Of a stretch of DNA of 32,000 nucleotides, positions 15,725 to 25,713 are shown piece by piece. A program made the translations under genes and the position numbers. Under the pieces are notes generated by a model that was given only the letters and a program-made list of their open reading frames with translations, ran no database searches and had not been told where the DNA came from. Source of the DNA: Nostoc punctiforme PCC 73102. GTDB taxonomy: Bacteria > Cyanobacteriota > Cyanobacteriia > Cyanobacteriales > Nostocaceae. Each line of letters begins with the position of its first letter. Positions within the stretch are counted from its first letter, which is position 1. The DNA lies in the NCBI RefSeq assembly GCF_000020025.1, contig NC_010630.1:1-32000 (forward strand), in the 5' to 3' direction.

Positions 15725-17010
15725 CCCCTCCCTAGAATGACTAAATCATTCTCTTGAGTGGGAATCCAAGGTACAGGGCCAATAAAGTAGGGAGTGCAAG
15801 ATTTACCACCCCAGAGAAAGCTAATGCAAAAACGAAAAAATAGCCCAAAGTTGGCTGTACCAGTGGACTCATTTACACCAGTTAGCACAACTTTGAAACC
15901 AGAACCGTAGACAAGCCTACCTGTTGGTTCTTTACCACCGTTAACACGTTGTAAGATCCCAAAACCACCGTCTACTTTCTGAGCAGAACCAGAAGCCCAT
16001 CGCTTACCGTAAAGGTTGCCAGCTTGCCCTGCGACATCACCTAGTTCTAGGAATGGACACTCTTTACCCACATTACAGGCGACAACAACATTTTTGTTGG
16101 AACGATTTACCCTACCAGAAACAAAGTAATTCTCTCTTGCCCTAGAATCACCACGTTCCGAATTACCTAAAACCACAGAAGCTATACCCACCACATCCAA
16201 ACCCGAATTAATCGGCTGTGGCATCTTGTCAAAAGGTACTTGATTTAGCCCCGGCACTTGATTAATGTAGCTTTGCTGCCAGCCTGGAAATCTTGATAGT
16301 TGCGTCTGATTAAGTCTAGGAATTGAGTTGATAGGATATCGATCTAGATCCAGTTTTTTACCCAAAGGGGTATTAGCAGCTTGTGGATTAGATTTTAAAA
16401 TAGTTGAAATCTTACCGTTCAGTCCAATTTTAAGCGAATTTTTGTCAGGTCTGTTTGACTTTGGAGTAGCTGCGGCTATTGAATTAGAAGTTATGCTACT
16501 GTAACGAGATTGCGCGAATAAATCATAAATAGGTGGAACTTGATTAATATCAAGGTTGCCCAAGCTGGGAATAGCTTTGACTAGGGTGTTGGGAGTTTGC
16601 CACTGCATTAATCCCAAGTCTTTGAGTGTAAGCTTGGGGCCCAGAGGTACGATGACAGAGATAGTTTTCAGGCTGAAGGCAGACATTTGAAAAGCATCAT
16701 CTACGTCCCCCAACATAATTACAGAATCAATACTCTGTCCGGCTGTCCAAGAACGGGAGGGATTATAGCCAATTTTTGCGACTATATCTGGGGAAATATC
16801 AAGATATCCGGGCTGTTGTAATGGATCTAAGCTGCTCCAATTGATTTTTGCCCAGTCTGGAGACTTTAATTGATATTTACCGGAATTATAAGTAACTGTT
16901 GGAATTTCTGCATTGGCGACACTGGGTAATTCTAAAAGTGATGTCGCAACCATTGAGGCAGAAACTATTGATAATAAAGCTCTATTGTTAATCACTGAGT
17001 TTGCCCCCAT
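15721..17010 (-). CDS. Secreted hypothetical protein (429 aa) of the T4SS operon
   Basis: It has an N-terminal signal-like segment ending [11 protein letters not shown] and a Gly-rich C-terminal half. I recognise no family. Confidence 0.6.
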   Translation of the reverse strand: MGANSVINNRALLSIVSASMVATSLLELPSVANAEIPTVTYNSGKYQLKSPDWAKINWSSLDPLQQPGYLDISPDIVAKIGYNPSRSWTAGQSIDSVIMLGDVDDAFQMSAFSLKTISVIVPLGPKLTLKDLGLMQWQTPNTLVKAIPSLGNLDINQVPPIYDLFAQSRYSSITSNSIAAATPKSNRPDKNSLKIGLNGKISTILKSNPQAANTPLGKKLDLDRYPINSIPRLNQTQLSRFPGWQQSYINQVPGLNQVPFDKMPQPINSGLDVVGIASVVLGNSERGDSRARENYFVSGRVNRSNKNVVVACNVGKECPFLELGDVAGQAGNLYGKRWASGSAQKVDGGFGILQRVNGGKEPTGRLVYGSGFKVVLTGVNESTGTANFGLFFRFCISFLWGGKSCTPYFIGPVPWIPTQENDLVILGRG

Positions 17011-17828
17011 TGCATCAGTTTATTGAACATTTCTTGGGGAATACCTGATAATCTAATAGCCTCTGTCCTACTTTTACCTCTCCTCAATAAACGGATGGTA
17101 TCTTGCGTTTGTCGCCATACTATAGACTTAGGTTTAATTGCGCCATTACCCACCGCTACCGCTAAACCGTAAGCTACGGCATTAGCATCATTTCTTTGTG
17201 AAACAGTGCTGGTTTGTGAAGTATTGACTGTTAAACGTGGTTTTTTCTCAAGATTCGGAGGTGCGGTATTACTGGTGATATTATTGGTATTGTTTAACCT
17301 ATTTTGATTAACTAACGGTTTCTCAGCTATTAATAACGGCTGTGGTTTATCCGAATCTGGCTTAATAATTAAACTGGTATATTCTGGTTTACCTCTAGCC
17401 GGAATCAACTGAAATTGATATTGTTTTTGACTGTCAGCACTAGCAGTAATCACGGTAATCACGGTACTACCATCTTGACTGGAAGTTAAAACCGGAAAAC
17501 TAATTGGTTTAATTTGTCTGAGAAATAGAATTGTAGCTCCTCCACTACCACAATTTTCATCTGATGCACCACGCTGACATAAGTTGCCATTGGAAGTTAA
17601 AGCAAAGCGGGAAGGGTCTCCTAACCACACTTGCTTGATAGTTTCACCTGTGGGAATGAAATTGATAGTTAAACCATAACCAGCCCAAATCTTTAAGTCA
17701 ATTCCATGAGAATTACTACCTTGAGCATCTTGTGAATAAACATTTCTCGCGGCTGGTAGCGCTAAAGCTGTGCCTGTATTAGCGTTGATAACTAACGTAG
17801 TTAGCAGTAAAAACCCTAAACGTTTCAT
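16992..17828 (-). CDS. VirB9/TrbG/CagX-like outer-membrane core component candidate
   Basis: The signal peptide is [51 protein letters not shown]...ILFLRQIKP...QYQFQLIP follows the VirB9 N-domain pattern (F.pGE.I..v..GD...W...lfvKP...Y.f.L) as I recall it. Confidence 0.5.
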   Translation of the reverse strand: MKRLGFLLLTTLVINANTGTALALPAARNVYSQDAQGSNSHGIDLKIWAGYGLTINFIPTGETIKQVWLGDPSRFALTSNGNLCQRGASDENCGSGGATILFLRQIKPISFPVLTSSQDGSTVITVITASADSQKQYQFQLIPARGKPEYTSLIIKPDSDKPQPLLIAEKPLVNQNRLNNTNNITSNTAPPNLEKKPRLTVNTSQTSTVSQRNDANAVAYGLAVAVGNGAIKPKSIVWRQTQDTIRLLRRGKSRTEAIRLSGIPQEMFNKLMQWGQTQ

Positions 17829-17913
17829 ATCACAACAGATTTATCTGCAAGAAATTGTGTAATAGTTATAAATTCAGAATTTATCCTTTTAACTCATTAC
17901 TCATTGCCTAATT

Positions 17914-19431
17914 TCATATCGAAATTGATTGATTGACAAAGATTTGCACTGGTTTACCTGTTTCAATTACGAAAACTTGCTGTTGCTGTTGTACTTGTTG
18001 TAATTGCTGCTCATTGGAATTTTTCATCCTACTGAGAATTTGATTAATACTGCCTTCAGTAAAACCAGCCAGTAAATTCTTATCACTGTTACTTGTTGTA
18101 GTGGTTGTTGTACCCAAAGAGCTAATTGTTGTCTCTGAATTAGCTCTATTTTGAATCTCAGCCACCTTAGATAAACCAGACAGCATAGATGCCATGAGCG
18201 AATTGCCTAAATTACTGCCACCTTGACGAGATTCAGCTTTAAGTAAATTGCCATTTTTACCCAATATCAAAATCGAATTCTGAGGCAGTGGCTTTTCCTC
18301 TGTTTTACCGTTGATGTTCACTAATACAGAAACAGCCGTCATTTGCACTATTTCTGAGTTAGTGGGATTGATCATAGCCACAACATAAGCATTTTTGGGT
18401 AAAACTTCAGACCCATCAAATGCTTTCAGAGGTTGAGTTAAACGAATCAGGCTATTTTGTTGCTGCTGATTACTTACACCACTACCCACCCAGGCTACAG
18501 GAGTTTCTATCATACCCGCCGCACGAGTTCCGACTAAAACCCGCTTGCCATCGTAGTTAGTCGGTGGTGACTGTGGTGAAGAATTGCGATCACTCCGAGG
18601 TAGGCTATCTGGTTTTACCCCTATACCCCCATTCACTTGAACATTACCCAATTCTGCCTCTTCCTGGTTTAAATCTGCATTGCCAGTGTCAGTAGAGGAG
18701 TAATTACCGACATTAGCAGCTGCTAACCACTCCTGCATAGGGTCTTTGGGAGTAGTACGACTGGGTAATGGATTGGAAACAACTTGAGATTTTATGGGTT
18801 TTGATACAGGAGCAGGCGCAGATTGTCTAACTACTGGTTGAGCAGCCACGCGATTGCTTCTACTAGGTCTAGTAACAGTAGGTAGCGGTGGTGCTTGATG
18901 AATAGTTAATGGTCGCGTTGGTGTAGGCTGAGTTTTGACGGTAGGTGTAGGAGTGACTGTAGCTGTAGGGGTAATTGTTGGCGTTGGTGGTGCAGTTTCA
19001 GCGTTTTTTTTAGTAACAGCTTGTAACTCCCCTTTTTGAGAGGTGAGAGCGATCGCTGTTTTAAGCTCTCCTTCCTCATTTTCATCATCTGATTTAATAT
19101 CTGTCTGAATACTTTTTGCATTTTGCTGGGCTGGCTTATCACCGGGAGAATTCAAAGCCCCTGTAATTGAGCTAATCATCGTTCCAAACATGACAACTAT
19201 TAACAGCACCCCACCAGAGACTGTTAACCCTTTTAGTAATGGGTGATTAGCTACAGGGCGAGTAGTGACAATTTCTTCTGGTTCAGTTTTTTGTTCATCC
19301 ACAGGTGATGATGTTTCTGAAACATTGGAAATTTCTACCCCATTCATCCGAGCAAATTCTTGGCTTCTATGGGAAGTATCACCAGTAGTAGCTTCAGAAT
19401 TCGTATTTACAACTTGACTTTGATTTGACAT
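17914..19431 (-). CDS. VirB10/TrbI-like core component candidate
   Basis: The canonical architecture is present. It has a cytoplasmic N-terminus, one TM helix (VSGGVLLIVVMFGTMISSITGAL) and a Pro/Thr-rich linker (PPTPTITPTATVTPTPTVKTQPTPTRP). It also has a C-terminal beta-domain ending VFVIETGKPVQIFVNQSISI. Confidence 0.55.
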   Translation of the reverse strand: MSNQSQVVNTNSEATTGDTSHRSQEFARMNGVEISNVSETSSPVDEQKTEPEEIVTTRPVANHPLLKGLTVSGGVLLIVVMFGTMISSITGALNSPGDKPAQQNAKSIQTDIKSDDENEEGELKTAIALTSQKGELQAVTKKNAETAPPTPTITPTATVTPTPTVKTQPTPTRPLTIHQAPPLPTVTRPSRSNRVAAQPVVRQSAPAPVSKPIKSQVVSNPLPSRTTPKDPMQEWLAAANVGNYSSTDTGNADLNQEEAELGNVQVNGGIGVKPDSLPRSDRNSSPQSPPTNYDGKRVLVGTRAAGMIETPVAWVGSGVSNQQQQNSLIRLTQPLKAFDGSEVLPKNAYVVAMINPTNSEIVQMTAVSVLVNINGKTEEKPLPQNSILILGKNGNLLKAESRQGGSNLGNSLMASMLSGLSKVAEIQNRANSETTISSLGTTTTTTSNSDKNLLAGFTEGSINQILSRMKNSNEQQLQQVQQQQQVFVIETGKPVQIFVNQSISI

Positions 19432-19435
19432 AAAG

Positions 19436-20152
19436 CTACTTTCCTAAATCTAAATCTTGGATGCGGTAAATTTCCATTCCCGCTTTTCTAGCTCTATAAG
19501 CCTCTATCTGTGGTACAGAAGGATTATTCGGTAAAGGTGGTGTATCTACTGCTCTCACAAATACAGTTTTATTAAAAGAAATAGCCTTACCTAATTGGTC
19601 TTGACCTTTAAAAACTACTAAGTTGGCAACCATTTCTAATCGCCATTTACCTTCTTCTATTTTCTGAGGAGGCGAAAGATGGCGTACAAGTAAAGCTGAT
19701 TGAGTATCACCATTAAACACGTCAGGCGGTGTTAAAGCTGCGATTTCTCGCAGAAAACTAGCGCGAAAATCTTCTGATAATGCAAATCCTGCACTCCAAG
19801 TATTTGTAGTGAGTTTTTTATCAGATACTTGTACACCGGGGTCAAGTTTTAGTTTGGTTGGATCTAAGTTACTATCAGACGACTTGGGAACGGCATTCCA
19901 ACTCATCAAATTCATCATTGTCCGCCCTGCAAAGTCCATAATCGCTTGGTCAGTACGGTCTTTTTCTCCTACAGCAATTGCTCTAATGGAAGTACCGTCT
20001 TGAAGTTCTACTAAGGTAGGTTTCTGGTTAGATATTTTACTTAATTTACTGGAATTAGTTAGATTTATCAGTAACAAGAAGAGTAAGATAACAGCTTGCC
20101 CTATTGATACTAAGGGAGTAAAGTTTATCTCTTTCTTATCAAGTAATCTCAT
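19436..20152 (-). CDS. VirB8-like bitopic inner-membrane component candidate
   Basis: It is 238 aa with a single N-terminal TM helix (VSIGQAVILLFLLLINL) followed by a roughly 190-aa periplasmic domain. Its position between the VirB6-like and VirB10-like genes fits. The assignment is by architecture only. Confidence 0.45.
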   Translation of the reverse strand: MRLLDKKEINFTPLVSIGQAVILLFLLLINLTNSSKLSKISNQKPTLVELQDGTSIRAIAVGEKDRTDQAIMDFAGRTMMNLMSWNAVPKSSDSNLDPTKLKLDPGVQVSDKKLTTNTWSAGFALSEDFRASFLREIAALTPPDVFNGDTQSALLVRHLSPPQKIEEGKWRLEMVANLVVFKGQDQLGKAISFNKTVFVRAVDTPPLPNNPSVPQIEAYRARKAGMEIYRIQDLDLGK

Positions 20153-21240
20153 CTGAATACCCTCCCTGAGATTAACCTCCCACTGCTAGAGAAACATGAG
20201 AAAGCTGCCATCCCTCCACCAGACCCCATTGCTAACGCCAGTATTGGAGACAAAATTGCTTGTACTAGCTGTAAGAACAAGGGATTATTGTTACTAGCAT
20301 TCACTATTGCACTAGCAGCCATTCCACAAACAATTGAGTATGACATGAGTACCAAAGTCAGTGCTAACCATCCTGCAACCCAAGCATAGATGGGTTTAGC
20401 TCCAAAAGGAAAAAGTGAAAGCACTAAAAAAATAGGGGCGATATAGGCATTTAGTAAGAATGCTACTTGCACAACATATTGAAAGGCTGCTTGTAAGCCA
20501 CTGAATATAATCCATGACAGGGCTTGCACCATTGAATTAATAGTTTGCCCAGCTATATCTAATGGATTCCAGCTATTTGAATAGGAAGATAAACCGTGCT
20601 TTTCTTTATACTTTTGAGCGTTATTTTTAGCTTGATTTATTTTTTCATCTCTACATATTTCTCTGGGATTAATTTTTTGTCCTTGGTCATCTACGCCATT
20701 CTCAGGCTCTTTTTCACATTCTTGTAGTTGTGTTTGAACTGAAATAGCAAAAGCCTGATCCATATTGGCAGTACGAATAGCATCTCTCAAAGTAATGCCA
20801 TTTCGCGTAATACTTAATACTTTGTCATTCAAATTTACCGCTACATTACGAAACATCAAAGATGTGGTAGCAAGTAACTGCCCATTATTAACAGTCAACA
20901 TTAAACAGACTAATAATGGATAGACCATCTCATTCAAAATTTCATGACTAAATCCTTCCTGAATTAACCTAGAATACCAACTGATAGACCAGAAAGAAAC
21001 AAAAACCACTCCACATAAAGCAGAAACAGCAACTACTGCTTTAAAAACTTCACTGTTACCGTTAGCTAAATCTTGCCAGTCTTGGTTAAATGAAGATACA
21101 ACCATGCGAGAGCCATTAATCGCACCGTCAACTATATCTTCCGCGTTTGTATCTCCAGTAACTGCTAGTAAATACCAGAAGTTAGTTAAATTATTTAGCA
21201 TTGCTTTGCTCCCAAAAAGCATCAGCAAAAGCAGCCGCAC
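20149..21240 (-). CDS. VirB6/TrbL-like polytopic membrane protein candidate (likely start ATG 21201)
   Basis: It has multiple hydrophobic helices and a central hydrophilic loop, and it sits in the expected operon position. The assignment is by architecture only. Confidence 0.45.
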   Translation of the reverse strand: MRLLLLMLFGSKAMLNNLTNFWYLLAVTGDTNAEDIVDGAINGSRMVVSSFNQDWQDLANGNSEVFKAVVAVSALCGVVFVSFWSISWYSRLIQEGFSHEILNEMVYPLLVCLMLTVNNGQLLATTSLMFRNVAVNLNDKVLSITRNGITLRDAIRTANMDQAFAISVQTQLQECEKEPENGVDDQGQKINPREICRDEKINQAKNNAQKYKEKHGLSSYSNSWNPLDIAGQTINSMVQALSWIIFSGLQAAFQYVVQVAFLLNAYIAPIFLVLSLFPFGAKPIYAWVAGWLALTLVLMSYSIVCGMAASAIVNASNNNPLFLQLVQAILSPILALAMGSGGGMAAFSCFSSSGRLISGRVFR

Positions 21241-21961
21241 CTATAATTTGTCTTGCACTGGAATTATTATTAGCTTGCTCTTTTCTTGCTTGTTCATCCA
21301 ACCTACTGGAAATGTCACTCAAATTGATATTGGCTGCTGATAAAGCTCTAGTTTGTTTTTGTGCTTCACTGTGAATTGATTTAGTAATAACTGTTGTTTG
21401 TAGATTCTGCACTGCCATCTTTTTCAAGATGTCTTGAGTGATGACATCATTTTGTACTTCATCAGCAGTATTAGATGAATTTTCTACAGCATAATTAGAG
21501 ATTTCTGCTTCTTGCGCTTGAGTTTTTTGCCCTTCTCTGCCTAAAACAGATCCAGATAGTCCATAAGTATAAGCTTGATGCCATTGTCTCTGAGCATTTT
21601 CACCTTGGGCTTGAGAATCAGTTTCTACTAAATCAGTATCTTGCTGTTGAATAATCACCTTGATATTTTTACCTGCTTTTAATGGGTCAGGTATACCCAT
21701 AACTCCATTTGTAGAAGTGATGGCTATATCTAGGTCTTTATCTTCATCTTTGTTAGCGTCTTTCGATAGCTGGCTAAATTCTTGGCTATACAGCTTAATG
21801 TATGACTGCAAGCTTGTCATGACTTGCTGAAATTGTTCTAGAAATGAAGATTTGGCTGTGGCCGGTAAAACTGAACAAAAAATGAATACAACTATTAAAC
21901 TACTAAAAACTGCTAAATGGCGGTAGATATGGGCTAATGTCAATCGGCTGAGTGATTTCAT
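21191..21961 (-). CDS. Secreted helical protein (256 aa); possible VirB5-like minor pilus or adhesin component
   Basis: It has a signal or anchor segment LAVFSSLIVVFIFCSVLPATA/KSS and a GGAG SD upstream of the ATG. Its position before the VirB6-like gene fits. The functional assignment is weak. Confidence 0.35.
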   Translation of the reverse strand: MKSLSRLTLAHIYRHLAVFSSLIVVFIFCSVLPATAKSSFLEQFQQVMTSLQSYIKLYSQEFSQLSKDANKDEDKDLDIAITSTNGVMGIPDPLKAGKNIKVIIQQQDTDLVETDSQAQGENAQRQWHQAYTYGLSGSVLGREGQKTQAQEAEISNYAVENSSNTADEVQNDVITQDILKKMAVQNLQTTVITKSIHSEAQKQTRALSAANINLSDISSRLDEQARKEQANNNSSARQIIGAAAFADAFWEQSNAK

Positions 21962-22460
21962 ATAAATTCTCCAAGGAGACTGTAAAAGATTTGGGAGCGC
22001 AAGCAGATATTACTTCTGCTTTATTTCCTAAAAGTTTCTTACCAGTTACTATTAGTGGTTCTGGTGGATATTTATCTGGTTGCCTAGATAATCTTTCAAA
22101 TAAATTACCTTCATATCTAGGATTAACAGGGATTAAAGATACTGGCTTATCATACATCAGTATGTATTGTTGCTCTGGTTTAAAATCAGTATTTATCCCA
22201 GGTTTATTTAATTTAATTTGAAGTTTATCTTGAGTTTTACTTGCATAATATGCCGCTTTGAGAAATCGGTCACTTTGTACATATCGGTTAGCAGAATTTA
22301 AACGTTGTTGACAAGCTTGCTGTTTCTGGGCAATATACTTCTCATGCTGTTGCTGATGCCACTTCCACACTTCAAATGATGCCCATGATGATAAAACTCC
22401 TAAAATAGCCAACAAGACTTTATATTGTGCAAATACCGTAGCAATTTCTAACTTTTTCAT
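21903..22460 (-). CDS. Hypothetical bitopic membrane protein (185 aa)
   Basis: It has an N-terminal TM helix VLLAILGVLSSWASF. Its start overlaps the virB4 stop by 4 nt. Confidence 0.5.
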   Translation of the reverse strand: MKKLEIATVFAQYKVLLAILGVLSSWASFEVWKWHQQQHEKYIAQKQQACQQRLNSANRYVQSDRFLKAAYYASKTQDKLQIKLNKPGINTDFKPEQQYILMYDKPVSLIPVNPRYEGNLFERLSRQPDKYPPEPLIVTGKKLLGNKAEVISACAPKSFTVSLENLYEITQPIDISPYLPPFSSF

Positions 22461-25400
22461 AAAGGCTTTCCCTGCTTAATGCAACCAACATAGTATTTAG
22501 CAAATTCAGACACCCATTGAAACTTATCTGAGTACATTGCTTTAAACCTATCGCGTGCTGCTTGCTCTTCTCTGCTATTAGCAACTAACGCCAACATTGG
22601 GTAGGAAGGATAGTAACGACAGCGTATATATTTGTTGTTGTAATCCAATAGCCACAGCGTATATAGCTGTTTTACATTGGGACGAAAACTTTCATTTTTA
22701 TCAATAATTTGCTTTGGTATGCCTAAATGCTCTGAAAAACTTTTTGCAGCCCCTGGTACTATCCGCCCTATTAACCGACAGGGCATATTTTGTAAAATTT
22801 GTTCACCAGCTTCTGAGTTAGCGATCGACAGAATATCTTGACCCGCAAGTATGACCCGACAGCCAGATTTTCGAGCAGTCGCGCATTTACGACCCACTAA
22901 CCGCGATAAAGCAGCAAACCGCAACAATACACTGGATTCATCCATGAAGAAAACGCTATTGGGTGCTGATAGGGATTGTCTAGAAGCGGCAATATAAGCA
23001 GACATCCCGAAAACTTCAGCGTCTTTACTTGATTGCAGGTTGGTGAGGGCAAAGGTAATCAGCTTGGCATCAGTATCAAAGGTGGAGGGACGACAGATGG
23101 CATTGCCAATACTGCTGTTTCTCCAATATTGAAAGCGTAGGCGGATATAGTTCAATGCCCTATCTACGTTTTCATCTTCATAACCCAAGTTTATGTGGTC
23201 TGTTGAGAAAAAATGCTCCATATCTGCAAGGGTTGGGGTATTCTCCCAAGCCGCAGAACCTAATCCTCCTTTCTTGGCAAGAGCAAAGCGTTGTTGAATG
23301 TCGGGGTCATCGTAAAAGGCTTTTGTCCCTAGTGGGATAAGGGATTCGATTGTTTGGGACAAGAAACCATCAAATGATTGCGAACCCAAGACTAACTGAA
23401 GAACAATCAAGTTGACATCGTTTCTGTGGGCTTTAGCTCGTTCCTCCCGTTGTTCTTCTGGAATTTTTGATAAGTCTAACGGCTGCACCAAATTGTTAGA
23501 CTCTTTGGAAATATCAAAGTAAAAACCGTTGTGATAGGGTGTGTAGTCCCCAAATGTCCCTGTGCCGTCATCATTGGGCAGGTCTATCATTAAAATGCTC
23601 ATGTCCTGAGCTTGGCACTCGGCGATGATGGAAGCTACCAAAACTGATTTACCTGAGCCGGTTGTACCCAGAACTAAAATATTCTTGGTTTTTGATAAGT
23701 CAATTTTGACGGGTGAATCACTCTCATCTGCGATTAACTCAAACCCTTGATGATCTGCGGGACTATTCTGCACTATATTAGTTAATCCCAAAACTTCACT
23801 TGCAAAGAAAGTTTGCCGACGATTATATGGGCGCATCAAAATCGGTTCTTGCCTGATGAGCAATGTTTGCAGCCAGATTAACCAAGCATATTCATATTCA
23901 CGGGTTAGTTCTGTGGGTTGGTTAATATAGCCAGCTATCAACCTACAGGCATCGTCTACTTGCTCTGCTGTATCTCGGTAAACCAGCACTACCAAGCTTA
24001 AATTTAGTGGTACATCTCCTGTATATAGTTGCCTTTGTGCTTCCACTGAGCGTTCCACATTGATTTGGGCAGAGACATCTATTGATTTTTTCTGCTGAAC
24101 ATTCAAATCTAATGCCCTAGAACGTTTGGTAATCATCTGCTGGGCTGCACGGTTTATCCCTCGGTCAGCCGGCGAGAATTCTGTGATGATTTCTACATCA
24201 AAAATGTTGTTGCGTGAGAATAAATCCCACAAGAAACGAATTTGATGTTTAGTAGAGGCAAAGATTTCTGGTTTCCGGGTTAGTACCATTACTCCGACAT
24301 ACTTTTTCTCATCACCGTTGGGTAAGCAAATCCATCGTTTATCGGCGAAAGGTACACCATTATTGAGAATAATTGAGGTGAGATGCGGTTGACTGATGAT
24401 TTCCAGTGGTTTATCCAATGCAGCCTTTTCATCAATTTCTTCTCTTAATCCCTCTTCATCAAATATTAGAGTATGCGGAATGATTACTTCTTTTGCTCCA
24501 ATATTTTTACAAAGCTCTCTCCATAGGTCTCTATCGGTTTTAGGTTGAGGATTCAAGCCCATTTCTGAAAGAATTTGTTGGTATCTCAATGAGGCTTCTA
24601 AGGCTTTTGTTAAAATCTGTGTAAATCGCTTTTTGGTGATTTGACTAATTCCTGAATCTGTGAATCTTCTTTGGAGGAAGTTAGTTAGTTTTGCCAAAAA
24701 CTTATCTACTGGGTCTGAAGTATCTAGCGATTCTGAGGTGACTGTAAATGACCAATAAATATTTAATTTGATATCTTTACGAGCTTTCTCCTTTGTCAGT
24801 TTTTGAGTTCTTGCTAACCTCCCCCAGTCTAAAAACTCACTTTCTAGAGACGTTGGATTATTCAAACGTTGCATTAAATAATCTGTACTATCACTATCAT
24901 CGCAGAATGAACTCCAGCGACAAGTGATTTTTTCGCCTTGGGGAATTTCTTTACAGCCGTTTTCAAAGGCTTGAGCCACCGCTTCTATTTCTTGTTCTGA
25001 ATGGAATAAAGGATGAATTCCAGTACAAGCAAAACCAAATATTAATTGCAGAGTGTTACTACTTTCTGTCAGATTCTTTTTACTTAGTAGATAAGCTCCA
25101 ACGACATAAGAATCTTTTTTTAGTCTGACTATAGTAGTCAAATCTAACCAATCTTCAAATGGATTGAGGGTTTTAGGTTTAGATGAACGAGTTAGCTTGA
25201 CTTTTCTAGTACCGACTTTTTTTTTATGCTGTGGTGATGTGTAATTAGCATATCCTCTTGTCCATCTGGGAAGAATTGGATAAACCTTTGACCAGTACAG
25301 GTAAGGTTTATCTCCTGATAAAAAAGCTACTGATAAACTAGCCCAAAATGCCAAGCCTAAACCCCAAAATATATCTAATCCGAGAATTAAGCAAAGCAGT

Positions 25401-25513
25401 CCAAAAACTACGCAGAATACCCCAGCGAAAATTACGAACTGTCTGCCTGTAAATGGGCCAAACTTTGGGCTTTCACCTAAGCTCTGATTGACTTTGATTA
25501 TCTCTTGTTTCAT
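22457..25513 (-). CDS. virB4: VirB4/TrbE/CagE-family T4SS ATPase with a fused N-terminal VirB3-like two-helix membrane domain
   Basis: It is 1018 aa. The N-terminal hydrophobic hairpin is FVIFAGVFCVVFGLLCLILGLDIFWGLGLAFWASLSVAFL. Walker A is LVLGTTGSGKSVLVASI, Walker B is SVFFMDESSVLL, and RVILAGQDILSI follows. Confidence 0.85.
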   Translation of the reverse strand: MKQEIIKVNQSLGESPKFGPFTGRQFVIFAGVFCVVFGLLCLILGLDIFWGLGLAFWASLSVAFLSGDKPYLYWSKVYPILPRWTRGYANYTSPQHKKKVGTRKVKLTRSSKPKTLNPFEDWLDLTTIVRLKKDSYVVGAYLLSKKNLTESSNTLQLIFGFACTGIHPLFHSEQEIEAVAQAFENGCKEIPQGEKITCRWSSFCDDSDSTDYLMQRLNNPTSLESEFLDWGRLARTQKLTKEKARKDIKLNIYWSFTVTSESLDTSDPVDKFLAKLTNFLQRRFTDSGISQITKKRFTQILTKALEASLRYQQILSEMGLNPQPKTDRDLWRELCKNIGAKEVIIPHTLIFDEEGLREEIDEKAALDKPLEIISQPHLTSIILNNGVPFADKRWICLPNGDEKKYVGVMVLTRKPEIFASTKHQIRFLWDLFSRNNIFDVEIITEFSPADRGINRAAQQMITKRSRALDLNVQQKKSIDVSAQINVERSVEAQRQLYTGDVPLNLSLVVLVYRDTAEQVDDACRLIAGYINQPTELTREYEYAWLIWLQTLLIRQEPILMRPYNRRQTFFASEVLGLTNIVQNSPADHQGFELIADESDSPVKIDLSKTKNILVLGTTGSGKSVLVASIIAECQAQDMSILMIDLPNDDGTGTFGDYTPYHNGFYFDISKESNNLVQPLDLSKIPEEQREERAKAHRNDVNLIVLQLVLGSQSFDGFLSQTIESLIPLGTKAFYDDPDIQQRFALAKKGGLGSAAWENTPTLADMEHFFSTDHINLGYEDENVDRALNYIRLRFQYWRNSSIGNAICRPSTFDTDAKLITFALTNLQSSKDAEVFGMSAYIAASRQSLSAPNSVFFMDESSVLLRFAALSRLVGRKCATARKSGCRVILAGQDILSIANSEAGEQILQNMPCRLIGRIVPGAAKSFSEHLGIPKQIIDKNESFRPNVKQLYTLWLLDYNNKYIRCRYYPSYPMLALVANSREEQAARDRFKAMYSDKFQWVSEFAKYYVGCIKQGKPL

Positions 25514-25713
25514 GAGCTTTTAAAAATTGCCATTAAATCAGAAATCAGAAGCCAGAATTCAAAATAAGTACAGGTATTATCAGCATCAATAAGGCGGTGC
25601 ATCCTCGTAATTTTTTGATTGGTAGCAACTGCCGTTAAATGCTGTTTAGGAGTCAGTATGGATTCTGATTTCTGAATTATTCGGTCATTAGTTACAAGCT
25701 GTGTTATTGCCAA
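25510..25713 (-). CDS. Doubtful small ORF (67 aa, TTG start) between the pilin candidate and virB4
   Basis: The only support is the ATGA overlap with the virB4 start. It uses a TTG start, overlaps the pilin ORF by 26 nt, and has no motif. Confidence 0.2.
   Translation of the reverse strand: MAITQLVTNDRIIQKSESILTPKQHLTAVATNQKITRMHRLIDADNTCTYFEFWLLISDLMAIFKSS

Noticed and set aside
18906-23340. Other embedded ORFs: 18906-19142 (-), 19809-20003 (+), 21104-21340 (+), 21952-22221 (+), 23155-23340 (+)
   Set aside because: They are alternative-frame or antisense ORFs inside longer, better-supported genes.
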